Positions 49,666-62,178 of a stretch of DNA of 64,000 nt are shown in pieces. The translations under genes and the position numbers were made by a program. The DNA is taken from contig JBLDXI010000029.1 of NCBI GenBank assembly GCA_047495785.1, positions 3,534,001-3,598,000 on the forward strand, written 5' to 3'. Position 1 is the stretch's first letter. Every line of letters begins with the position of its first letter. Below the pieces are notes generated by a model, which had not been told where the DNA came from, ran no database searches, and worked only from the letters and a program-made list of their open reading frames with translations. The stretch is from Lepidodermella squamata. Its lineage: Eukaryota > Animalia > Gastrotricha.

Positions 49666-50247
49666 TTGTCTGAGATGGACGCCTCCATTCAATGCGATGG
49701 GTCGGAGATTAGTGAAAAACCTTTGCAAGAAACCTGTCCTCATGCACGTGAGTTGCACATCGCGTTTTCATTATCTGTTACATCCTTTAATTCCAAATTT
49801 TTAGACAGAATTTATGCCGCTACCCAGGCTGGTAAAACAGAACAGCAACCGCGGAACGTGAGGCAGCCGAGCGCTAAAAGATGTGCCTTTCAGCAGGATG
49901 ACAAGACGATACAAGCCTATGGAGTAAACGTGGACTCGCAGAATTGTTTATTACCTGTCAATGAAGAGATCTTTGATGACTCCAGGGAGCCGAATGCATT
50001 AGATGGATCTCAAGATGGAGGGGCCTGTAACGAGGAAGCAATCACTCTAGCAAACGGACACATTTTACTGCCGATACCTGGATTCGAGAGAAACGGCGTT
50101 CGACGGCTTCGACGAGCTTGTTTCGTGTGTCTCAGAAAACAGCGATATTTTTGTTCTACTTGTAACTACAAGAGGCCGATGCATCCCCCTCACGTGAAAA
50201 ATTGTGCTGAAGTTGCACATGCCCTGATTCCTCAAATCAAGCAATGA
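49666..50247 (+). CDS. Divergently oriented cargo ORF with a C-terminal Cys/His cluster resembling the piggyBac C-terminal zinc finger
   Basis: RRACFVCLRKQRYFCSTC..H..H..C..H; probably spliced, 5' end uncertain. Confidence 0.45.
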   Translation: MSEMDASIQCDGSEISEKPLQETCPHARELHIAFSLSVTSFNSKFLDRIYAATQAGKTEQQPRNVRQPSAKRCAFQQDDKTIQAYGVNVDSQNCLLPVNEEIFDDSREPNALDGSQDGGACNEEAITLANGHILLPIPGFERNGVRRLRRACFVCLRKQRYFCSTCNYKRPMHPPHVKNCAEVAHALIPQIKQ

Positions 50248-50510
50248 AAAGTAAGTGTTGATCTTTAATTTTCATTTTTGGCCATTTTTTTGTATTTTTC
50301 AAAAAATGCCCTTGGGTCATCGTATTCGGGTCTCTATCTCCCTTAATAATTTTTCATTTTTCAATTGCTCTTCTGACTTGATATCCTGCTCAAGCTTGAT
50401 GAGACCTCGGCGAAATACGGTTGGAGTTTTAAAATCTGAATTAAATTGAAATTTTTGGCCATTTTTTTGTATTTTTCAAAAAATGCCCTTGGGTCATCGT
50501 ATTCGGGTCT

Positions 50511-52020
50511 GGTATATTGGAACATGCGCAAAGTAACTTGCGCACAAGAGTAATTTAGGTAACTTGCGCATTAGCCTTTTGCGCACTTAGTAATTTGCGC
50601 ACACGAGTATTTTTAGTCATTTGCGCACGCAGCGTGAATAATATTCGAAAAATTCATTTTAACACATTTCCATTATTCAATGCCGATTGTGATGCCGGGT
50701 TTGCAGGGTGACCTAGGCCTTTAGAAAATTATATGTATAAAATTGGATAAACTTTGAAAAAATCGCAATTTTCAGTCATTTTATTCGATGTTGATCATAT
50801 CCACATTCTGCGACTTCTCTACGTATCTACGTAATTTTCCATTTCTAAGATTGCGCCGAATGTAGATATGATTGTGATCAACATCGAATAAAATGACTCA
50901 AAATTGAGATTTTAAAGTTTATTTAATTCTATATTTAATTTTTAAAAGATCGCGTTGAAATTGGCCGAGCAGTGGTAAATTATTCGGTGATAAAAGTCAG
51001 CAAGTATTTTAAGATGGATTTTGAAGATTTCTTTTTAAGATGGCAACGCAAACCCCGTTCGATTAAGCGCTACGAAAAATGAGATAGCGATGCGCAAAAT
51101 TGGTCTATTATTCAATTTAGCGAAACTTTAATCTGTTATGTCTTGATAAAGGGTCAGGGTTTTGGCTGCGCTTTTCAGGAATAAAAGTTTGGGATGTGGT
51201 CTACCATAGGTCCCTCGGAGGGCTTTTGAATTAGTAGAGCTCAAAGTAGGCGTACTCGGCCCATAAAACCATCACTTCTATAGGTCCTACGGCGATTTAG
51301 CATGCACCATCGCATGGTCGAATCACCTGAGGTGTCAAGTTTGACACTGATAGGTTGAGAAATCGACAAACAGTTTTAGGAAACATGGAGAGAAAATTAT
51401 CGCTTAAATTAAATCAACTAAAAAGTAAAATCACTAAATCACTAAAAACTAGAAGGAAAATTATTGAAATTCCTCCTTAATGGAAAAATGCGAAAATACT
51501 TTTTGTAGAGAGTTATCTGTTTTCTGCATGAGTTTCCTCTCCGGTTAATCTGATCCTTAGTGTGCGCCTCTTTGTATACTATGGTGGCACGGCGTGTATG
51601 GCGTGTCAGATCTTGTGAGTAATATATTACTCACAAGTGTCAGATACCTTTCACTTGGTAACTTGCGCATTTACCATCAGCACGCGAAATGGAAAATTAC
51701 GTAGATACGTAGAGAAGTCGCAGAATGTGGATATGATCAACATCGAATAAAATGACTGAAAATTGCGATTTTTTCAAAGTTTATCCAATTTTATACATAT
51801 AATTTTCTAAAGGCCTAGGTCACCCTGCAAACCCGGCATCACAATCGGCATTGAATAATGCAAATGTGTTAAAATGAATTTTTCGAATATTATTCACGCT
51901 GCGTGCGCAAATGACTAAAAATACTCGTGTGCGCAAGTTACTAAGTGCGCAAAAGGCGAATGCGCAAGTTACCTAAATTACTCTTGTGCGCAAGTTACTT
52001 TGCGCATGTTCCGATAATTC
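50511..52020. mobile_element. Non-autonomous MULE-type element with ~330-bp TIRs, nested in the CACTA element
   Basis: 8-bp TSD TCGGGTCT (50503-50510, 52021-52028); the empty site survives in the tandem duplicate at ~50310-50350; TGCGCA subterminal repeats. Confidence 0.85.
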
Positions 52021-53949
52021 TCGGGTCTCTATCTCCCTTAATAATTTTTCAATTGCTTAATTTTTCAAAGGCCGAGCCGGGACGGAACCCGGGGTGCGCT
52101 AGTACAGGTTTTCGGACTAGGTTTTTCAACATTATATCGGGTTTGTACCTGGTTTGCGGATTGGTTTGCCGTTGCGAGACCCGCTACTTCTGGCGTAAGG
52201 ATTCGTGGACTAGGTTTTCTAACATTGTCCCGGGTTTAGCTCGGCATTCGTAAAAACGAAAACCATGTAAAGTTTTAGAGTGTAAACTGCAACTGGGTGT
52301 ATTGAATTCCGTTTTCATTTGTGTATGTTATTTTCTCGAAATTCAACGAATCAGAAAGTTGATCATCCGCAAATTTCCAGATCTCCGAATTGTCTAAAAT
52401 TCCGCTTGAATTCATCGCTTCAAGCGGGCGAAAACTGCGAGCTGAAAAATTGACCAAAATGTCAGCTTGATTCGGCTCGAAAATCAGCGTGCAGTCCAGC
52501 TTATCGAAAGGAAACATCTCAAATTTGAACGACTGGCATTTGGTGTCAATGCGCCGAATTCCTACGTACAGACCACGTGGCGGTGTCGAGATGGAAAATG
52601 GTGTTATCGTTATCTCATCGCCGCCTTCGATATCGAAAGGCAGAGGATTCTTCACCGCGTTAAGGTGGCTCAGGTAAGGATGCCAGTAACTTTTAGCTTG
52701 AACTTTATCGAGACCAGATTTATAGTTGCATAATTTAGCGAGTTCCGGGTGATTTTTAGCCATTTGCCAGCAGTTCATAACGGGGCATGGGTAGTTCCAT
52801 GAGAATATGAAATAGACAAAAATTGACAGAGTTTTCGCGAGATCGTTGATTTCGAGTATTCGAACAAGTAGTAGGGTCAAGTCTATTTTAAATGGATCAC
52901 GAAATTCGTTGAGAACTCCATTTTCAAAGGGCAAATTAAGGACTCGAACGGGTGGGCAGGCATTTGCGAATGACGCCTCGAGGGCTTCGGAAGCTGTTGT
53001 ATTCATCGTGTTGAAAAGAATCACACTGCTGATTCGGTTTTTTTAGGCAGCGCAATAAATCGTCATGCTGCTATGTTTTATGCAAATACGGCAGTACAGG
53101 AAATGAATCTCCTACAGGCAGTACAGGAATGTGAAATCGTTATTTTGGTTTATTTGATGAAATTTCATCTTATTTAAGCTTGTAAGCATTTCAATCGCGT
53201 TTTCTGTCGTTTTAATTGCATTTAAAATTTTTTTGCTGACTTCAGAATTTCCCATAAGTTATTGATTAACGCATCAAAGGTTAAGGTTACGGTTATTTCC
53301 ATAGATTTAATACAAACGAGCTGTAAACCGGGAATTTGTACCTTGCGATTTGAGCCGGGCCCAACCACTCGGATCCTAAGAGATACGATAGTATTAAGCC
53401 CTAAATCCCGTTCATTTCGCAGCAAGTTCAAAACTTTTTAACACGGTCAGGACCCAGAGCTCCAGGATCTAGATCCAAATACTAGATCCAGATTTTGGAT
53501 CCGGTAATCCATCGCCTAATGAGATCCTCGCGTGCCCTTTTATCGAAAAAGCCGAAACAAAGAAAAAGCTTTTTATTCTGCCATTTTTTCTTCCCGAGTA
53601 AAATAATTAAATGACAACTACGTGATGACACTATTGATACAATTTCAGACGGGAAAACGCGGTAGCGGTATTGTTAGACACAGCAGAAGATGGGCGGCTA
53701 GCAAAATATCTACAAGAAAGCATACCGGATGAGATGGAAGATCGCAGAAAGTAGACAAGGGAAAACCAGCAGATGGCCTAGCAACAACGCTGTTCCAGCG
53801 AACTCGATCCTCAAGACGGAAATGCAAAAGGCTCATAGACAGTAGCAAATTCCAGGTAAGTGCTGCGCGGCACGGTGGCCGGCAAACAACCGAGCGGAAG
53901 CATGAACGATTTTGCCCCCTCGGAAGTTTCCATGCTGTGTATCGTGGCA

Positions 53950-56900
53950 TTAAATACGTTTTAGCTCAAAATCTCGCAAGAATTGAACAACTTCGATCTG
54001 GTCATTTTCAGCAGCTATCGAGAGCGGGGTTGTGCCATCATTGTCAGCCATAGAAACAGTTGCTGGAGCTAAGTCTGCCAGGAATCGAACAACTTCAATG
54101 TGGCCATTTTGACCAGCTATCCAAAGCGGCGTTACGCCATCCTTATTAGCCATAGAAACCGTTGTTGGAGCCTTGTCTGCCAGGAATCTAACGACGTCGA
54201 TGTGGCCGCTTTCAGCAGCAACAAACAGCGGGGTTGTGCCCTCGTTATTCGCCATGGAAACCGTGGATTCTGCTTTGTCTGCTAAGAATCGAACAATCTC
54301 GATGTGGCCATTTTCAGCAGATATCGAGAGTGGCGTTCTGCCATCGTTATTACACGCGGAAACCGTGATAGGTGCCATGTTTGCCAGGAGTCGAACGACG
54401 TCGATGTGGCCATTTTGAGCTGCTATCCAAAGCGGCGTTATGCCATCGTTGTCAGCCATAGAAACCGTGGTTGGTGCCTTATCCGCCAGGAATCGAACAA
54501 CATTAATGTGGCCATTCTGAGCAGCAATCCAAATCGGGGCTGTGCCGTTTTTATTAGCCATAGAAACCGAGGATGGTGCCTCGGCTGCAAGGAATCGAAC
54601 GATTTCGATGTGGCCATTTTCGGCAGCAATTAACAACGGGTTAGTTCCGTTGTTTTTAGCTGTAGTTACCAGGCTTGGTGCTTTGTCCGCCAGGAATCTA
54701 ACGACTTCGAGGTGGCCATTTTGAGCTGCAATCCAAAGCGGCGTTGTTCCGTTTTTATTAGCCGTGGATATTGTGGTTGGAGCTTTGTCTGCCAGGAATC
54801 GGACAACCTCGATATGACCATTTTCAGCGGCTATCGAGAGCGGGGTTGTACCGTCATTGTCAAGCGTGGAGACCGTGGATGGTGCTTTCTCTGCCAGAAG
54901 TCGAACGACGTCGATGTGGCCATTTTCAGCTGCTAAAAAAAGTGGCGTCATGCCGTCGATGTCCCTCGAAGAAAGGGTATCACGTGACTTTCCAGCTGCG
55001 AATTCTATGATTTTTCTGTCACCTAGTACAGCAGCGATCCCTACAGCTGTGCGTGCCTCCGCTGGGCTGAAATTGCGTTTCACCGCCGCTAAATCACGGC
55101 CTATAACCGATCTAATGAACGTTGACGTATCCTTGCTATTAATTAGGACAGCCACATTTCTTCTCGATTGATATCTCCAGTAGTGGCCATTGAAGAAGTT
55201 TAATATTTTGTCTCTCTCGTGCTTCAGCAGCTCTAATTCATCGTCGTCCCAAATTTGCGTCAGAAAGGCCAAGTCATTGTGGTCTGCTAGGTATTTTATG
55301 TGGCTTTGATATCGCGCTTCGTCGCCCTGCAGTCTTGCAAGCATCCATGCAATCAGACGGTAGGAATGATGTGTTCCGTACATTTTAAACTCGTCCTCTG
55401 CGCCTCGACTGAAATTGTCTTCCCACTCCAAGCCATAGAGGAAATGGATGAAAGACTTGCCCTCGATTTTGCTATTAGACGTGCATACTTCCAACAATGC
55501 ATCACAACTTAAACCCTCCAGGATATCACGCAGCAGTTGCCGACGGGCTGATTTATGCTTTTGGTTGTTTCCGCCCTTGAAAAACTCGAAAAGCATCATC
55601 TCTGCATTTGCAACATTCTTTCTGTGGAGAAGGAACAATCGGACTTTGTCGTATAGATCAGCGTCATTTGAGGCGGTTATCTTAAATTCTTGAGCAGCTC
55701 GCCGAAAACCAGCTTCCCAAAGGAGTTGATGCACGGACGATAGCTCATACTCTCCGCCAACTGTTCTTATAACAGCGCGCTGATCAAATGCATTGAACAC
55801 GTCCTTTGCCCTAAGCTTAGGTGCTAGTTGCCGCCATAACATTGTCAGATTTTCGCTGGAAATTAGAGTGTTTGGCCCGAATAGTAAGAAGGCATAGAAG
55901 CACTGTCTGTAGTCGTCTCCGAGTCGGTCGAGAGAGAACTGCAACAGACTATCGACAGTTTGTTCTTTGAAACGGGAATCGCCGCCGGTAAGAGTAGTAT
56001 CCAGGTCGTTGGTCTTTTGATGGACCACTTCTTCATACTCCTCGTCCCAATTGTAAGTTCCAAACATGAAGCGATTGGCGATGAGAGACATGATCAGAGG
56101 CAAACCACAACACATTTTGGCAAGGTTAGCTATCTTTTCTTCGGCGTTCGCCTTAAATTTTTCCTTCAACTTGCACGTTTTGTCGAGAAATCGTTCGATC
56201 GCTTCATTCGTGAGACAGTCGATCTTCTCCAATTTGTAGATAAGCTGTCGCTGTTGCATTAGAATCGCAAATGGGTCACGAGTGATGACACAGCAGGCCA
56301 TTTCTGATTGCTCTTGCTCGAAGAATCGAAGCAGTTCCACGTTGAACATGTCATCCAGGATTACCAATACACGGCGGCGTTTTTTCTCGCGAAAATACTC
56401 GCTGATATGAGATATTTCCGATCCAGTAAAGTCTGCTGCGGCTTTCTTTGCCAGAGCTATTAGACTTTCTCGGAATTCTTTCTTGGCTGAGTCATCAAAA
56501 GATGTTCCTTGCCACTTGAAACATTGAAGCCATAGAACAACCGTTGGCGATTGCAGCCCTCTTGGGATCGATTCGTTGCGTAGCAATTTTGCCATCAACA
56601 CAGACTTGCCTACTCCCCCCTCGCCAGCTACAACCAGAATGCCATTATTGCCTAATTAAGACTTTTATTAAGCTGGGTCGATGGAATAAAAATATTTACC
56701 TTTCGCTGATTTATTGCAAATTTCGATAAGATGAGTCATCAATTTGGCTTCCAGTTCATCCCGCTCAAAGTAGTTCGAGATGCTGATAGGTAAGTTTGAA
56801 GAGTAGAACCGATTCGAAACAGCTGCTTTCTGGGCAGGCATCTCCAGTATCAGTCGGATTTGCTGACATACATCATTAGCATCGTCGTGGAAGTGCATGG

Positions 56901-57560
56901 CCTCCGTGCGCAAGAACACTCTAAGTAAATTCCCGAGGTTTCGAGACTCATCGAGTCGGACAAAGTCATCTTCCAGATTGACGAGGAGTAATTTCTTTTT
57001 CTTGAAGATGGCATAGTCAAATTCTTTAGCAGAATTGGAACCTGCTCTAAGGTATGGTTCGCAGAGGAAGCAAACAACGATATCAGCCCAGTCTACTTTC
57101 TATCGTTGCGAACATGAAGTGATAAATCTTAGAAGAGGCTGAAAACTTGCCTCAATCATCGCCTGATCGAGATCGCCGCAGATTTTATGAATATCTAAAA
57201 ACACATCGAAGTCAGGCTGTTGGCTGAGATATTCATCTGCGAGGTTTCGAACGTCAGCTTCGCGATAACTACAAGAATAGCTCACAAAAACACGAGCTTT
57301 TTTGGCAAAGGCAGCTGGTTCTGAAGAAGAGCTCGCCGATTCTTGAATAGGTCGCTGTAAATAATAAGGTTTTCTTATGCAAAATGTATGACATAAAGAT
57401 CTCGAACTCATACTTTTTGTGGAAGAGAAGTCTTCTTTGTTGGCAGTATCGTTTTTTTCTTTGAAATAAAATGATGATGTGTATGATTTGATTTTGACGA
57501 GTCTTTCACCCCATCTAAAACTTGAGGGGTGGTTTGCTGTAAAGTGACACCATTTTGTAG
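53950..57560 (-). CDS. TIR - NB-ARC - 10x ankyrin NLR-like receptor, copy 3 (exons ..57414, 57354-57151, 57099-56700, 56651-53950; start not resolved)
   Basis: Same TIR, Walker A/B, GLPL and VHQ motifs and the same three introns as copy 2, all in frame. Confidence 0.88.
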
Positions 57561-58223
57561 CTAATGGACCAAATTAGTATTGAAACCTACTTTCTCCGAA
57601 GAATTTTTCATGTTACTGATATAGGAAGTTGGAAGCACACCAACAATATATTTTATATGAAGTCTTATTAAAACGTAAAAAACGCATGAAAAAACGCTGG
57701 TATTCCATTGATCACCATTTTGACCACACGAGCAGGGAACTTCTGATAGATCAATGGATATGAAAAAAGGGGCTTCCTTTCACATGAAGAATCCAAAAAG
57801 GAGGATCACATTGAATAGAAAAAGTAAACTCCCTCACTGGCAACTAGATAAAAGGGGTAACATAAGTACATGAAAATAATCTTAATGCGATTCTTCAATG
57901 CCTTATTTTTATTTCTTCAAGTGAAAGAAAACCAATTTTTTAATCACCATTCATCTTTCAATCAGAAGTTAAAATTGCCCGCGTACCATCACATGTGGAT
58001 ATTTCAGCCCCGAATTTATCAAACCAAAGGTCCCCCTGTGATTGTTTTGGTGTTTTCTAGCCAAGGTACCTTCCGTGCCCCCCGGTATTGCGCACACAGT
58101 TTGACACTTGATAAGATGCGTCCGAGAGTGAAATATATCAGAAACTATGAAGAATTAGGAGCTTTTACTTTTTCAGCATCATGAGTCTTCCCAGTTGTCG
58201 CTGTCGATTCCACTGATGAGTGC

Positions 58224-58600
58224 TCATCTATTTGTTGCTTTTATATCGACAAAGTATAGCCAATAATATAAATTGCGAAACTTACTTGCATGGCACAATT
58301 TCCCATGGATTAAAAACAGATTTTCTTTTCCGATAACGAATTGTTCCAACTCAACAGAAATCGTACAAAAAATCGAGAACTTGCGCTTATCAACCCGGCG
58401 GATTATCACTAGGCGTAGCGGAGCAACATAAGCCAGGAACACTAACAGCAAACCAACAAAGCAATTGCAATCATTTCTAAGTTTGGCATCATCGATTGGA
58501 GTATCTGCCTGTGCACCAAAACCACGTATCCTAGAAACATCCGCTTTGTGGAAAAATAATTTATGCGGACTCAATCGATCGATACGCAATACGCTAGCTC
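58224..58600 (-). other. Putative exon(s) of unknown function upstream of NLR copy 3, paralogous to ~61600-61750 and ~5700-5850
   Basis: RIDRLSPHKLFFHKADVSRIRGFGA..IDDAKLRNDCNCFVGLLL matches the DNA upstream of the ankyrin-only gene; GTAAGT donor near 58285. Confidence 0.45.
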
Positions 58601-59670
58601 CAATTGCATGCTGAAAGCTGTGGATATAGGCGTGGAAAGGAATGCATCTGAAAAATTAAATAGTGGAAGAATTCCATTCGACTTGTTTCACATTTGATTA
58701 CAGAAGCAATTTCTTTTATCTTGAGAGTTCAATAGAGTAGAAAATCTGAACCAATTAATCGAGGTATGACGGCAGCCAGGATGGAAGAATTTTATTCTAT
58801 TTACATGTTTTTTTTTTTAATTCGGACTCGAAAATACCCCCTAGTTCGAGCATCCTACTTCGCGCACTGGCTAGAGAGGCCGGACTCCCATCCATTCATC
58901 GTCGGGAAACTTGGGAAGATGTAATTATTCCTTGAGTCTAATTCATCGGCTCAGCAGGCGCTGTAGCTGCTCTGTAGTACGTCATATTCGAAGGTTCCGA
59001 TTGCAATAGTCAATAGTCATTTCAAGTAGTAAGTACTATTACTTTGATCCGTGCGCTGATTGGTGAATTTGTTGTTGCTCCGCGATCTGCGATGAAAGCA
59101 TTTTGTCTTGCGACGCTCACCATAAGATGCCCCTTGGACCGTTTCGTGATATGAGCTTCGATAAATTAGTCTTTTTGTGAACCGTTTTTTACCGATTCAA
59201 TGTCATATATATTCTGTAGTAAACTCCGTAAAAATCGCGATAAATTACTGCGGCAAAATGGATCGCACGACTGAATGTTTCATCTGAGAGTCATAAAAGC
59301 GATCGATTATCGATTGAGTTTGGTTGGTTCGATGAAATTGTATTATACCGTTAACATTTGAAAATGGGGTGTGGCGAAATTTTTGACATTATGAGACTCT
59401 GATGACGCTTGAGGCTTTCAAGATCACTGAACGAGCAGTCGCACGATATTAAAAATAGGTTGAAAGTCATCAGGGATCAGGGTTGCTGAGAAAATAGAAA
59501 TGTTGCATGTTGCTAAATACGAAAAATACACACATTACCTACAAATTTTCGTTTTTTATTGCATTGTTGGGGCCCCAGCCCGATTTCGGCCCGTACGCGC
59601 TCCGGCCGGCCTGTACGCAGACGGGTAGCATTGATTTGCTGCTCCGCGCTCTTATTTTTTACTGTGTTCG

Positions 59671-61590
59671 TTAGCATTTAAGTCCTTTTAGGTATCTAAC
59701 AATTTTGTCATAGCCATATTCAGCAGCTTGTGAAATCGGCGTTTCGCCGTATTTATTAACAGCGGAAACTGTGGTTGGCGCTTTTCCTGCCAGGAATCGA
59801 ACAACTTCGATGTTGCCACTTCCAGCAGCCATCAGAAGTGGGGTTGTGCCATTGTTATCCACCATAGAAACTGTCATTGGTGCTTTCTCTGCTAGGAATT
59901 GAACAACTTCGATATTGCCCTTTCCAGCAGCTATGAAAAGTGGCGTTTCGCCGGCGTTATCAGCCGCAGAAACCGTTGATGGAGCCTTATCCGCCAGGAA
60001 TCGAACAGCCTCGACACAGCCAATTCTAGCAGCCATCCAAAGCGGAGTTTTTCCTTCGTTATCAGCCACCGAAACTGTAGCTGGCGCTTTCTCTGCAAGG
60101 AATTGAACAACTTCGAAATGGCAATTTTGAGCAGCTATCAAAAGTGGAGTTGCGCCGTTTTTATTGGTCGCCGAAACGGTGGTTGGTGCTTTCTCCGCGA
60201 GAAATCGAACAACGTCGATGTGGCCTTTTTGAGCAGCCATCCAAAGAAGGGTTCCACCTTCGCTATCGGCCGCGGAAAGCGCAGTTGGTGCTTTTTCTGC
60301 CAGGAATTGAACTACTTCGATGTGCCCGTTTTCAGCAGCTATCCTAAGCGGGGTTTTGCCATTTTTATCAGCCGTGGAAACCGTGGCTGGAGCTTTTACT
60401 GCCAGGAATCGAACAACCTCCACGTAGCCATTACCCGCAGCCATCCACAGCGGCGTCGCGCCGTTCTCATTAGCTGCGAAAACCGTGTTTGGTGATTTCT
60501 CGGCAAGGAATCGAACAATTTCGATATGGCCTTTTCTCGCGGCTATCAACAGCGGCGTCGCGCCAATGTTATTAGCCGTGGTAACTGTTTTTGGCGCTTT
60601 TTCCGCAAGAAATCGGACAACATCAATGTTACCATTTTCAGCAGCCATCCATAGCGGGGTTGCGCCGACGTTATTCACCGCTGAAAGCGTATTTGGAGCT
60701 TTCTCCGCGAGGAATCGAGAAACTTCGATGTGACAATTTCCAGCTGCTGCCAGAAGGGGGGTTACGCCGGCGTCATTAGCGGCAGAAATCGTTTTTGGTG
60801 CCTTGTCTGCCAAGAATCTAACCACATCGATACAGCCCATTTTAGCAGCGATATAAAGCGGGGTTGCGCCGTCGCTATTTGCCACAGAGACCGTAGCAGG
60901 TGCTTTCCCCGCCAGGAATCTAACAACTTCGACGTGGCCATTTTGAGAAGCTATCCAAAGCGGGGTTTTACCGCTGTAATTAGCCGCAGAAACCGTAGTC
61001 GGTGCTTCCTCTGCGAGAAATCGAACGATTTCAATGTGGCCATGCTCAGCAGCAATCCAAAGCGGGGTTACGCCGTTACTATCAGCCGTGGAACTTGAAG
61101 TTGGTTCTTTTCCCGCCAGGAATCTAACAACTTCGATTCGACCCATTCTAGCAGCAATCCAAAGCGGTGTTGCGCTTTTGTCATTAGATGCTGAAACCGT
61201 CGCCGGCGCCTTGTCGGCTAGAAATCGGACTACTTCGATGTGGCCATTTTGAGCAGCTACTAAAAGTGGGGTTTCGCTATCGTAACTTGCCGTGGAAATC
61301 GTGGGTGGTGCCTTTTGAGCCAGGAATTGAACAACTTCGGCGTGGCCGTTTTGAGCAGCAATCCAAAGCGGGGTTTTGCCGTCTTTGTCAGCCGTAGAAA
61401 CTGTGGTTGGTGCTTTGTCTGCAAGGTTTTTAACAACTTCGATATTTCCATTTTGAGCAGCGATCCAAAGCGGCGTTCTGCCTTTTTTGTCACCTGCTGA
61501 ATGAAAACAAAATGATTTTTCAGTTGCAAATGCTGTCATCCTTAATTCACCCTGTGTCGAAGCAATCTCTGCTACGGATTTGCCGGCCAT
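59671..61590 (-). CDS. Ankyrin-repeat-only protein, 18 diverged 34-aa units of the same family as the NLR sensors
   Basis: Units end FLA(D/E)KAPxTVSxA as in the NLRs; likely 54-nt in-frame intron at 61497-61550; no TIR or NB-ARC upstream. Confidence 0.85.
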   Translation of the reverse strand: MAGKSVAEIASTQGELRMTAFATEKSFCFHSAGDKKGRTPLWIAAQNGNIEVVKNLADKAPTTVSTADKDGKTPLWIAAQNGHAEVVQFLAQKAPPTISTASYDSETPLLVAAQNGHIEVVRFLADKAPATVSASNDKSATPLWIAARMGRIEVVRFLAGKEPTSSSTADSNGVTPLWIAAEHGHIEIVRFLAEEAPTTVSAANYSGKTPLWIASQNGHVEVVRFLAGKAPATVSVANSDGATPLYIAAKMGCIDVVRFLADKAPKTISAANDAGVTPLLAAAGNCHIEVSRFLAEKAPNTLSAVNNVGATPLWMAAENGNIDVVRFLAEKAPKTVTTANNIGATPLLIAARKGHIEIVRFLAEKSPNTVFAANENGATPLWMAAGNGYVEVVRFLAVKAPATVSTADKNGKTPLRIAAENGHIEVVQFLAEKAPTALSAADSEGGTLLWMAAQKGHIDVVRFLAEKAPTTVSATNKNGATPLLIAAQNCHFEVVQFLAEKAPATVSVADNEGKTPLWMAARIGCVEAVRFLADKAPSTVSAADNAGETPLFIAAGKGNIEVVQFLAEKAPMTVSMVDNNGTTPLLMAAGSGNIEVVRFLAGKAPTTVSAVNKYGETPISQAAEYGYDKIVRYLKGLKC

Positions 61591-62178
61591 GGACGCTAGC
61601 AGCAAACCAAAAAAGCGGTTGCAATCACTTTTAAGTTTGGCATCATCGATTGCAGCCTCAGCCGCAATGCACCGAAACTACGTATCCTGGAAACATCAGC
61701 TTTGTTAATACATAAATAATTCACGAGGAGTCAATCGATTTATGCGCTAGCTCTAATTGTACAAGGGCAATGCATAAGGGCCCCTTTTCTATTAGGGCAC
61801 CCACGCTCTTTTAAAATGATGTAAGGAATACCTTGATGGATAAGATGTTAAATACCTTAAAAATGGGTACAATTTAGTCAAAAGTACATTTTCAATAGTT
61901 CATTCATTGAAAGTACAACGAGTCCCTTTTTATTGAGAGTATACTCTCCATGGGGGATTGATCACTCACAACATATAGAAAGAAAAAGGCCTATTGAAAG
62001 TTAACTCTCGACGATCCGACACTCTCAAGTTAACTCAATGTTTTAAAACTAAGCCTAAGGAAAACTGACCATTTAATCTTTATTGAAAAAAATTCAAAAA
62101 GGCTCACTACTCATCTCATCTCATGGCATAAGCCCTTAATTCTCACAGCTTCTGCTGACTGAGGTTCATCCGGCTCGT

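Larger units (their letters stand above)
43905..52282 (-). mobile_element. EnSpm/CACTA (CMC superfamily) transposon, 8.4 kb
   Basis: Imperfect 26-bp TIRs CACTCTAA..GGTTTTCG (21/26), 2-bp TA TSD (43903-04, 52283-84), subterminal repeats, internal CMC transposase. Confidence 0.9.
43173..53006 (-). pseudogene. Divergent Cys-loop ligand-gated ion channel subunit, copy 2, split by the CACTA element (LBD ~53006-52283; pre-M1/M1 43904-43788; M2-M4 43497-43173)
   Basis: Removing 43905-52282 and one TA gives YTQLQFTISLKRKYLYYIINILIP in frame. Intron 43498-43787 joins PELPD-R-ASFAITAVLGNSVLLTLVFSIIPHTS (M2). The 5' end/signal peptide is not resolved and M4 looks frameshifted. Confidence 0.9.
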
